Shown here one piece after another: positions 8,224 to 16,901 of a stretch of DNA of 39,529 bases. The DNA comes from an uncultured Aminicenantes bacterium (GTDB lineage Bacteria > Acidobacteriota > Aminicenantia > UBA2199). Under the pieces are notes generated by a model that worked only from the letters and a program-made list of their open reading frames with translations, was not told the origin of the DNA and made no database searches. The DNA lies in NCBI GenBank assembly GCA_965195285.1, contig CBDAFS010000018.1, forward strand, positions 1 through 39,529, read 5' to 3'. The first letter of the stretch is position 1, and each line of letters opens with the position of its first letter. The translations under genes and the position numbers were made by a program.

Positions 8224-10122
8224 ATGGCAAAAACAAAAAAAGAAAAAATTGAAGCCAGGGAAAACGGACCTTATGTGATTTCAAATGTGAAAAACCTGAA
8301 AACCTCTCGAGGAGAACAGGCAAAAACCGCCAAAACCATGGTTCTCTGTCGTTGTGGCCAGTCTGGAAGTAAACCCCATTGTGATGGTACCCATACAAAA
8401 ATTGATTTTTCCAGTAGAAAAATTGAGGGCAGGCAACCGGTTCGAGTTGATCATTATAAAGGAGATGGAATTATCATTCATGACAATCGGGGTGTTTGTT
8501 CTCATGCAGGTTACTGTACTGACAATCTCCCCTCTGTCTTTCGTCAGGGTGTTGAGCCGTGGATCGATCCAGATGGTGCATTGGTAAAAGATATCATCCG
8601 GGTCATTGAAATGTGCCCCTCCGGGGCCTTGAGTTATACCATAGGTGGTATTAAACATAATCGATTGGATCGATTGCCTTCCATCAACCTGACAAAGGAT
8701 GGCCCTTATCATGTTGTGGGAGAAATCAAACTGGAAGATCATGGGAATTCAAAACCAGAGTCCACCGAACATTATGCCCTTTGTCGATGCGGTGGTTCCA
8801 AAAATAAACCCTTTTGTGATGGGTCCCATTGGTACATCCGTTTTCAGGATGATGAAAAAAACAACCCATTGGAAAAATCCGGGCAGGAGTCTCTTTTTGA
8901 ATATTTGGGAAATATACGAAAAGAATCTGATGAAAATGAGGAGATGATGGAAGATATACACCGTGTGTCCGTTACCGGGGCATCTATAATAGAACCGATG
9001 AGGACCACCAAAAAAGTGATTTCATGGGATGATATTCTCATAAGGGGTGCTCAACTGGCTTCATTTCCTCTAAATGATGATGAGCCGGTAAATAGCCGTA
9101 CTGTTATCGGGCCCAGGGCTAAAAAACCTCTGGTTATTGAATCTCCTGTTTATATTACCCATATGTCTTTTGGCGCCTTATCACATGAGATTAAAGTTAC
9201 ATTGGCAAAAGCGAGTGCAGCGGTGAAAACAGCCATGTGTTCGGGTGAAGGTGGTTTGGTAAAAGAATCGCTTGAACAGTCCTACAAATATATTTTTGAA
9301 TATGTGCCCAATAAATACAGTATGAGTGATGAGAACCTTAAACGCGTCGATGCCATTGAAATTAAAATCGGACAGTCGGCAAAACCTGGTATGGGAGGGC
9401 ATCTTCCCGGCGTAAAAGTAACAGCAGAAATAGCCAGAATACGCGGATTTTCAGAGGGTTCGGATATTATCAGTCCTGCCCGTTTCCCTGATATCAACAG
9501 TGCGGAAGAATTGAGACAGACTGTTAATATGCTCAGAGAAAGATCAGGTGGAAAACCCATTGGGATTAAAATTGCAGCAGGCCATATTGAGAAGGATCTC
9601 GAAGTCATTCTTTTTTCAGAACCTGACTTTATAACGGTAGACGGCAGGCCCGGTGCAACAGCTGCCTCACCAAAGGTGGTAAAGGCATCCACCTCATTAC
9701 CCACCATTTTTGCTCTTTACCGGGCCAACAAATTTCTTGAAAAAATGAATTGCCATGATATTTCTTTGGTCATTACCGGCGGATTAAGAATTTCTTCTGA
9801 TTTCACCAAGGCCCTGGCTATGGGAGCCAATGCAGTGGCAATTGGAACAGCTGCTCTTATGGCGGCTGCCTGTCAACAATACCGAATCTGTCATACCGGC
9901 GATTGTCCTGTTGGGATTACCACTCAAAAACCCGAGCTGAGATCCAGACTGAGTATTCCTCATTCGGTAAAAAAACTTGAAAACTTTCTCCGAATTTCAA
10001 CAGAAGAGATCAAAACCTTTGCCCGTTTAACCGGACATGATAATGTCCATGATATGGATATCAAAGACCTGGTGACAGTGAATTCAGAAATATCCAATTA
10101 TACTGATATCGAACATGTATAA
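8224..10122 (+). CDS. CDGSH-Fer4_19-CDGSH-glutamate synthase FMN-binding domain fusion
   Basis: 632 aa. LCRCGQSGSKPHCDGTH, CSHAGYC..CPSGAL, LCRCGGSKNKPFCDGSH, then MSFGALS, SGEGG, EIKIGQSAKPGMGGHLP and CQQYRICHTGDCPVGITTQ (3Fe-4S). Confidence 0.88.
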   Translation: MAKTKKEKIEARENGPYVISNVKNLKTSRGEQAKTAKTMVLCRCGQSGSKPHCDGTHTKIDFSSRKIEGRQPVRVDHYKGDGIIIHDNRGVCSHAGYCTDNLPSVFRQGVEPWIDPDGALVKDIIRVIEMCPSGALSYTIGGIKHNRLDRLPSINLTKDGPYHVVGEIKLEDHGNSKPESTEHYALCRCGGSKNKPFCDGSHWYIRFQDDEKNNPLEKSGQESLFEYLGNIRKESDENEEMMEDIHRVSVTGASIIEPMRTTKKVISWDDILIRGAQLASFPLNDDEPVNSRTVIGPRAKKPLVIESPVYITHMSFGALSHEIKVTLAKASAAVKTAMCSGEGGLVKESLEQSYKYIFEYVPNKYSMSDENLKRVDAIEIKIGQSAKPGMGGHLPGVKVTAEIARIRGFSEGSDIISPARFPDINSAEELRQTVNMLRERSGGKPIGIKIAAGHIEKDLEVILFSEPDFITVDGRPGATAASPKVVKASTSLPTIFALYRANKFLEKMNCHDISLVITGGLRISSDFTKALAMGANAVAIGTAALMAAACQQYRICHTGDCPVGITTQKPELRSRLSIPHSVKKLENFLRISTEEIKTFARLTGHDNVHDMDIKDLVTVNSEISNYTDIEHV

Positions 10123-10130
10123 ATATCGAT

Positions 10131-11156
10131 TTATTTTTTTTGTAACTGCCACAGAGAATCGACAAAATAGTGTCTGGAATCGAAAAAATGTTCAATAATA
10201 ACAAAACCGTTTTTTTGGGCCAATTCTTCTATATCATCAATAAGATATTTGTAAGAAGATTCCGTATGAATTGATTCCCAGGATTTAAATGTGAATGTCC
10301 GGCTCAATTTATCGATGGTCACGGATTGTTTTTGTTGACTGATCAAATAGCTTTTAATGGCTCCGGATAAAGAATCATAGGTGCTGTAATATTTAAATTG
10401 ATCCAAATTGAAGTGGCCATCCAGTTCCCGGTTTATCCGGCTGAGCAGATTCAGGTTGAATAGGGCGGTGATCCCCTTTGAATCATTGTAGGCATCCAAT
10501 AGTAAGCGAATTTCCTTTTTCAGGTCAAAACCGATGAGAAGATAATCCCCATCATTACAGGCATTCCAAAGGCTGGACAGAAACACATCTGCTTCAGGGG
10601 GTTCGAAATTTCCGATATTAGATCCCAGAAACAGTACCACATTGGTACAGTGATTTTGATTGGATAACCATTTCAGCCCTTTAAAATATTCGGAAACCAA
10701 ACCCTTGATATGAATATCGGGAATCTGTGCTTTCAAATTTTTACTAAAAGCGTCCAGAGCCGTATGGGAGATATCAATGGGAATCAGGGTAAATTGTGTC
10801 TTTTTTTCAATCATCTCCTGCAACAGGATTCTGGTTTTTTCACCATTGCCGGCCCCCAGTTCCACCAGGTTGATTTTTTGCCTGCCAATTGTATCAATAA
10901 TTTTTCTTTTCTGTGTTCCCAGAATTTCGGTTTCACAATTGGTCAGATAGTATTCCGGAAGCTTCATGATTTGCCCGAATAACTGACTTCCCTGCTCATC
11001 ATATATGTATTTACAGGGAAGCCATTTGGGAGAATGGGAAAGCCCGATAAGCACATCGATGGCAAATTTCTGTTGCAATTCAGGGTGCTGAATATTCTGG
11101 TTCAGCAAATCCAAGAAATTCAGCTGGCTGATATTCTGGTTGTTTTTTGAGCGCAT
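10131..11156 (-). CDS. egtD: L-histidine N-alpha-methyltransferase (EgtD/EanA family)
   Basis: 341 aa. LPCKYIYD, LPEYYLT..E, VELGAGNGEKT, FLGSNIGNF, AYNDSKGIT..FNLNLL and ESIHTESSYKY motifs. Confidence 0.92.
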   Translation of the reverse strand: MRSKNNQNISQLNFLDLLNQNIQHPELQQKFAIDVLIGLSHSPKWLPCKYIYDEQGSQLFGQIMKLPEYYLTNCETEILGTQKRKIIDTIGRQKINLVELGAGNGEKTRILLQEMIEKKTQFTLIPIDISHTALDAFSKNLKAQIPDIHIKGLVSEYFKGLKWLSNQNHCTNVVLFLGSNIGNFEPPEADVFLSSLWNACNDGDYLLIGFDLKKEIRLLLDAYNDSKGITALFNLNLLSRINRELDGHFNLDQFKYYSTYDSLSGAIKSYLISQQKQSVTIDKLSRTFTFKSWESIHTESSYKYLIDDIEELAQKNGFVIIEHFFDSRHYFVDSLWQLQKK

Positions 11157-11167
11157 AAGTATTTTCC

Positions 11168-14100
11168 TTACCGGCAGGATACAAATCGAATTATTTTTTT
11201 TGATTCGAGAATTATTTCCTTTAAAGTGGAAATCACCCGGTTGATTTCCTCGATTGTATTCTGATACCCCAGAGAGAATCGGACCGAACAGTGGGCCTGC
11301 TCTTCAGTCAGTCCCATGGCGATCAGGGTGGGGGATGGGGCTACCGAACCCGAGTGGCATGCCGAACCGGCAGAAAGACATATTCCCCTTTTATCCAATT
11401 CCAGAACCAGGGATTCGCCCCTTATTCCGGGAAAGGTCAAATTTAATGTATTGGGGAGGCGGTATTTTTCGTGGCCATTCAACCGGGTTTCTTTTATAAT
11501 GGATTGAATGCCCTTTTCCAGATGGTCTCTGAGCCGGGCTACGGTTTTCATTTTTTTCAGCAATTCCGGGTATCCTTCGGCCGCTTTACCGAAGCCGATT
11601 ATTTCCAGTATGTTTTCGGTTCCGGACCGAAGTCCCCTTTCCTGTCCTCCTCCGCTGATGAGTGCTTCAATTGGAATATTTTTCTTTATATACAGCGCAC
11701 CCACTCCTTTTGGACCGTGAATTTTATGTGCGGACAGGGTTAACAGGTCAATATCCAGTTGATGGATGTCCACTGGAATTTTGCCCATGGCCTGAACCCC
11801 GTCACTGTGGATGTAAACCTTTTTTTCTCGAGCTATTTTGATGCATTCTTTCAGGGGTTGAATGGTCCCGGTTTCATTGTTGGCCAATTGGATGCTGATC
11901 AGGCAGGTTTTTTCATTGATCCGGTCAGCGAGTTGATCCAGTTTAATTCTTCCGTTCCCATCGACTTCCAGATAAGAGATTTTAAACCCACGCTTCTCAA
12001 GCCACTGGCAGGCGTTGAGAACAGAGGGATGTTCCACGCGGGTGGTGATAATATGGTTTTTCCCCGGATACAGGGCGAAAGCAATACCTTTGATGGCCAG
12101 ATTATTGGCCTCTGATCCGCTGCCGGTGAAAATAATTTGTCTGGCCGGGCTGTTGATCAGTTCTGCCACCTTACGCCTGGATTCATCCAACAGTTTCCTT
12201 GACGATACACCCAGGTGGTGGATGCTTGATGGATTGCCAAAACATTGAATCGTATCGATCATGGCCTTTTGGACTTCAGGGAATAGGGGAGTGGTGGCAT
12301 TGTTGTCCAGATATACGGTTTGGAAGGTGGAATCCGGTCCGGTCAGGTTCAACTCCTCCAGCTGCAACTCATCGGAATCGATTGGCAGGGAATCGCCCTG
12401 GTTTTCCAGTTTGATGACCTCGCACAAAAGCGACTTGTATACCGGGAAACCGGAAATGGGATCGACATTATCCAGATCAGTTAGCGTGTTAATATTGGCT
12501 TGCTGCCAGACCCGGGAACCCAGAGGTCCTCCGCCCGAATGATTGGCATCTATGGCTCCCCTGACAATATCGTCGGTTACCAGGGCCCGCATCTTCACTG
12601 AACCCCGTCTGGTCTTGATCCAGACCATGTCTCCCATTTTTATGTTCCGTTCCCGGGCATCCTGGCTGTTGATGGTAACCGCCGGTTCGGGCCGGTCTTT
12701 TTGCAGTTTCTTGATATGGTGATGCTGGGTGTGAAAACTGCTACGGATTCTGGCCCCAGAATTAAAGATCAGGGGGTATTTTTTATACAGTGCCGGCTGG
12801 GTTAAGGGTCCTTCCTTGGGTTCTGTGTATCTGGGGATGGCATCATAACCATATTCTTCAAGGATGGAGCTGGCAATCTCAAACTTGCCCGAGGGTGTAT
12901 TAAATCCTTTTTTACCATCATCCCTCAGCAGTCCTTTTTCCCATTTTCTGTATTCCATCATGCGGGTTTCAATGGATACGGATCCGTCTGATTTCTGGAT
13001 GTCCTCCAGGCTAAAACCGGAATTCCTGAGCACATCGGATATGAGTTCGGTTTCGGTCTGGGGGAAGAGATGCCCGTATCCCAGCCTCCGGGCCAGTTCG
13101 GCCAGGATCATTACATCCGGCCGGGCTTCTTCAAGCGGTGGGATCATCCGCTCCCTGATTTTAAAGACGGAGCCATAAGTCATATAGGAAAAATTTTCAT
13201 AATAGGTGGTTGCCGGTAACACCAGATCGGCATAGGCACAATCTGCGGTTAATTGCCGGTTGATGCAAACCAGAAAATCAAGTGCGTTCAGGGTTTTTTT
13301 CCAGATATCCGGATTGGGCCAGGAGGTGATGATTGAGCTTCCCAGTATCATGAGCAGCCTGATCCGGTAGGGCTTGCCGTTTAACACCGATTCGGGAAGG
13401 GCAATGGCATGGGCTTCATCCCGGTATTTGATATAGACAGGAAATTTATTCCGGCCCAGTCTGGGACCCCGGTCCGGATTGGCAATATTTTTTTCCCGAT
13501 TGATGGGGAAGTGATTCTCTTTCATGTTGAAACACAATCCGCCCGGAACATCCAGCTGTCCGGCAAGGGCCCACAAAATCAGAGTGGCCCGAATATTTTG
13601 AACCCCGCTGTTGGCATACTCCAATCCGGTATACATCAATTGAGATACACCTTTGGCCCGGGCAATCCGCCTGGCCAGGTTTATGATTTGTGATGAGGGG
13701 ATTCCGGTGATGTGTTCTACGACTTCCGGCCGATAATGTTGAACGTATGAAGCGAATTCATCAAATCCATGGGTCCAGTGTTCAACAAAGGCGGTGTCAT
13801 AGAGTTCCTCCTGAATTAGCACCTGGCATAATCCCAGGGCCAGTGCACCATCAGTACCGGGCCGGATGGGAATCCACTCGGCCCCGGTTAATTTGACGGT
13901 CATGGTTTTTCGGGGATCAATGACCACCACCTCGGCCTTTCGCTGCCGGGCCTTTAATATACGGTATATGTCAATGGGAGGAAGATCGGTTGCCGGGTTG
14001 GTTCCCCACACCACGATAAGTTCGGAGTTTTCGATTTCCGAGAACATATTGATGAACATCTGTCCCATGGTGACATGAGGGGCAATCATGCCGTAGGAAA

Positions 14101-14545
14101 CATAACATAATGCGCCCACCCCCATTGTATTGGGGGAACCGTATGGAAAGAGTATGCTGTTGGCAGAGGATATCGTCACGTCCCTGGGTTGATAGACATC
14201 ACAAATGGATTGCTCGAAACTCCCCACTCCGGTGTATATGGCAGCAGCCTCCGGGCCGAATTTTTTCTTGATGGTATTTAATTTTTCCACCACGATCCCC
14301 AAGGCATCATCCCAGGAAATTTTTTCAAAAACCTGATCTCCCTTTTTACCTTTTCTGATAAGCGGATGCAGGATCCGGTCCCGGGAGTATATGATGTCCG
14401 GGCTGTGTTCACCGATCTTACATATCATTCCAAAGGGGGAATCCTCATCGGCCCTGACCTTAACAATGCGTCCGTTCTTATCATAACTGGCAACAATCCA
14501 GCATCCGGCATTGCATATTCCGCATAATCCCTTTTTTTCCTTCAT
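11168..14545 (-). CDS. Metallopterin-dependent ergothioneine synthase (MES)-type fusion: Mo/W-bisPGD oxidoreductase plus cysteine desulfurase
   Basis: 1125 aa. N-terminal CGICNAGC..C 4Fe-4S motif, WGTNP, IRPGTDGALAL, ADLVLPATT and domain IV; from ~12318 YLDNNATTP, SAHKIHGPKG, GSACHSG and C-terminal FVSCR. Lies 11 nt upstream of egtD. Confidence 0.88.
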   Translation of the reverse strand: MKEKKGLCGICNAGCWIVASYDKNGRIVKVRADEDSPFGMICKIGEHSPDIIYSRDRILHPLIRKGKKGDQVFEKISWDDALGIVVEKLNTIKKKFGPEAAAIYTGVGSFEQSICDVYQPRDVTISSANSILFPYGSPNTMGVGALCYVSYGMIAPHVTMGQMFINMFSEIENSELIVVWGTNPATDLPPIDIYRILKARQRKAEVVVIDPRKTMTVKLTGAEWIPIRPGTDGALALGLCQVLIQEELYDTAFVEHWTHGFDEFASYVQHYRPEVVEHITGIPSSQIINLARRIARAKGVSQLMYTGLEYANSGVQNIRATLILWALAGQLDVPGGLCFNMKENHFPINREKNIANPDRGPRLGRNKFPVYIKYRDEAHAIALPESVLNGKPYRIRLLMILGSSIITSWPNPDIWKKTLNALDFLVCINRQLTADCAYADLVLPATTYYENFSYMTYGSVFKIRERMIPPLEEARPDVMILAELARRLGYGHLFPQTETELISDVLRNSGFSLEDIQKSDGSVSIETRMMEYRKWEKGLLRDDGKKGFNTPSGKFEIASSILEEYGYDAIPRYTEPKEGPLTQPALYKKYPLIFNSGARIRSSFHTQHHHIKKLQKDRPEPAVTINSQDARERNIKMGDMVWIKTRRGSVKMRALVTDDIVRGAIDANHSGGGPLGSRVWQQANINTLTDLDNVDPISGFPVYKSLLCEVIKLENQGDSLPIDSDELQLEELNLTGPDSTFQTVYLDNNATTPLFPEVQKAMIDTIQCFGNPSSIHHLGVSSRKLLDESRRKVAELINSPARQIIFTGSGSEANNLAIKGIAFALYPGKNHIITTRVEHPSVLNACQWLEKRGFKISYLEVDGNGRIKLDQLADRINEKTCLISIQLANNETGTIQPLKECIKIAREKKVYIHSDGVQAMGKIPVDIHQLDIDLLTLSAHKIHGPKGVGALYIKKNIPIEALISGGGQERGLRSGTENILEIIGFGKAAEGYPELLKKMKTVARLRDHLEKGIQSIIKETRLNGHEKYRLPNTLNLTFPGIRGESLVLELDKRGICLSAGSACHSGSVAPSPTLIAMGLTEEQAHCSVRFSLGYQNTIEEINRVISTLKEIILESKKIIRFVSCR

Positions 14546-14600
14546 GCCGTTCGTTTCTCCATGGGGTTTTTAATTCTGTCAGAGAAGGTTTATGTTAAAC

Positions 14601-14629
14601 ATTGTAGTGTGAGCCGGAGTATATTTCAA
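14601..14629 (-). promoter_or_regulatory. Putative sigma70 promoter for MES-egtD
   Basis: Minus-strand TTGAAA-17-TACAAT, about 55 nt upstream of the ATG at 14545. Confidence 0.55.
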
Positions 14630-14743
14630 CAAATTAATGGGGAAATTTTAAATTTGTTAAAGATTTGACAAATAAATTTTGATTCAATAATATATTGATG
14701 TAGATAATTCAAGTACGTTTCCGAAAAACAGGAGGAAGTTTTT

Positions 14744-16882
14744 ATGTTTAAAATGAGAATTTTCATTATTTTATTAAGTCTCGTTCTACTTTTAACTGGT
14801 GCAAGCCATGGAGATAAGGGAAAGAAAAATCAGCCGACGTTTGTCTATCCTAAAACCGAAAAGGTGGATCAGGCAGACGACTATTTCGGTACCAAGATCA
14901 AAGACCCTTATCGTTGGTTAGAGAAAGAGGGGGACGAAAAGGTAAAGAGTTGGATAAAAGCCCAGAATCAAGTTACTTTTGACTACCTGGCGAAGATTCC
15001 CTATCGGGAAAAGATACGATCACGTATAAAGGAGATATTCAATTATCCCCGGTATTCGAGTCCTTTCAGGACAGGTGAGTACTATTTTTTCTATAAAAAC
15101 GACGGTTTGCAGAACCAGTATGTGATCTACATTCAAAAAGGTCTGGATGGTGAGCCCAGAGTATTTCTCGATGCCAATAAACTCTCTAAGGACGGGACGA
15201 CTAGGGCATGGTTAGCCGGATTCTCGAAAGATGATAAGTATGTAACAACCGGCCGCTCCGAAGGCGGTTCGGACTGGGTCGAAATGCGAGTCATGGAGGT
15301 GAAGACAGGAAAGGAATTAGAAGATCGGCTGCGGTGGGTTAAATTTTCCGGGGCCGCCTGGAAGGGAAATGGATTTTACTACAGCGCCTATGATGAGCCG
15401 GAAAAGGGTAAAGAGTTGACCCAGAAAAATGAATACCATAAGGTATATTATCATAAACTGGGTGAACCACAGGAAAAAGATCAACTTATTTACGAGGACC
15501 AAAAACACCCGTTACGTTATTTCTGGGCCGATGTTACGGAGGATGAGCGTTTCCTGCTCTTGAATGTCTCCGAAGGAACCCATGGTAACGAATTGTATTT
15601 TACAGATTTGACCGGGAAATCACAAGATTTCACTCCGGTTATTAAAGGTTTTAAATATAACACATATATAGTTGACAACATCAAGGACAGCTTGATTGTG
15701 GAAACGGATTATAAAGCAGCGAAAAACCGCGTGGTTTTGGTAGGTACGAAAAATCCCGGTAAAGACAACTGGAAAACGTTGATTCCGGAAAAAGACGATA
15801 CCATTCGCAGTGTGAGTTTTGCGGGTGGCAAACTGTTCGTTCGCTATCTTAAAGATGCCCATAGCCAGGTTTTTCAATACAATGTAAAGGGTAAGATGGA
15901 GAAAGAGATTCCCCTGCCCGCCCTGGGATCAGCCTATGGCTTCTATGGCAAAAAAGAAGACAAAATTCTGTTTTATACCTTTACTTCTTTCACTTACCCG
16001 CCAACTATTTACAAATATAATGTTGAATCGGGAAAATCGGAAGTATTCCGACGGTCAGAGATTAAGTTCAATCCAGCTGAATTCACATCCAAGCAGGTAT
16101 TCTGTAAGAGCAAAGATGGCACCCGTATACCGATGTTTGTTGTCCACAAAAAAGGGTTGAAATTGGATGGAAATAACCCTGTCTATCTTTATGGTTATGG
16201 TGGGTTTAATGCCATCCTGACTCCGTACTTTAGTCCCTCAAAAATTCTACTGTTGGAGAATGGGGTGGTCTTTGCTCTGGCCAACCTGCGGGGTGGTGGC
16301 GAGTATGGTCAGGATTGGCACAGGGCTGGGATGTTGCTTAAGAAGCAAAATGTTTTCGATGACTTCATTGCTGCGGCTGAATACCTGATTAAAGAAAAGT
16401 ATACATCGAAAGAAAAATTGGCCATTGCCGGTGCTTCAAATGGTGGTCTTCTGGTGGGTGCTTGCATGACCCAGCGGCCAGATCTTTTCAAAGTGGCTTT
16501 ACCCGCCGTCGGGGTAATGGATATGTTGCGTTATCATAAGTATACCGTTGGATGGGGTTGGGTTGTTGAATATGGAACCAGCGATAAAGAAGAACACTTT
16601 AAGAATCTCTACTCTTATTCACCCCTGCACAATATCAAAAAGGGACTATCATATCCCGCCACTTTAGTCACAACCGCCGACCATGACGACCGCGTAGTCC
16701 CGGCTCATTCATTTAAATTCATCGCAACCCTTCAGGAGAAACATAAAGGTAGCAATCCAGTCATGATACGAGTAGATGTGAAATCAGGTCATGGCGCCAG
16801 CAACCTCACCAAGGCAATTGATAAGATTACCGATGAATACACCTTTATGTTCTACAACCTGGGAATAAAAGTAAAACAATAA
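14744..16882 (+). CDS. Secreted prolyl oligopeptidase (S9A)
   Basis: 712 aa. Signal peptide, DPYRWLE, YGYGGF, RGGGEYG and catalytic triad motifs GASNGG / DHDDRV / GHG; AGGAGG RBS. Confidence 0.93.
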   Translation: MFKMRIFIILLSLVLLLTGASHGDKGKKNQPTFVYPKTEKVDQADDYFGTKIKDPYRWLEKEGDEKVKSWIKAQNQVTFDYLAKIPYREKIRSRIKEIFNYPRYSSPFRTGEYYFFYKNDGLQNQYVIYIQKGLDGEPRVFLDANKLSKDGTTRAWLAGFSKDDKYVTTGRSEGGSDWVEMRVMEVKTGKELEDRLRWVKFSGAAWKGNGFYYSAYDEPEKGKELTQKNEYHKVYYHKLGEPQEKDQLIYEDQKHPLRYFWADVTEDERFLLLNVSEGTHGNELYFTDLTGKSQDFTPVIKGFKYNTYIVDNIKDSLIVETDYKAAKNRVVLVGTKNPGKDNWKTLIPEKDDTIRSVSFAGGKLFVRYLKDAHSQVFQYNVKGKMEKEIPLPALGSAYGFYGKKEDKILFYTFTSFTYPPTIYKYNVESGKSEVFRRSEIKFNPAEFTSKQVFCKSKDGTRIPMFVVHKKGLKLDGNNPVYLYGYGGFNAILTPYFSPSKILLLENGVVFALANLRGGGEYGQDWHRAGMLLKKQNVFDDFIAAAEYLIKEKYTSKEKLAIAGASNGGLLVGACMTQRPDLFKVALPAVGVMDMLRYHKYTVGWGWVVEYGTSDKEEHFKNLYSYSPLHNIKKGLSYPATLVTTADHDDRVVPAHSFKFIATLQEKHKGSNPVMIRVDVKSGHGASNLTKAIDKITDEYTFMFYNLGIKVKQ

Positions 16883-16901
16883 ACCATAGTTGTCAATGGA
16901 T

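Noticed and set aside
11168-14545. Fusion as an assembly or frameshift artefact, or call as acetylene hydratase/nitrate reductase
   Set aside because: It is one continuous ORF with a plausible acidic linker, and the same fusion next to an EgtD-type gene is a characterised architecture.
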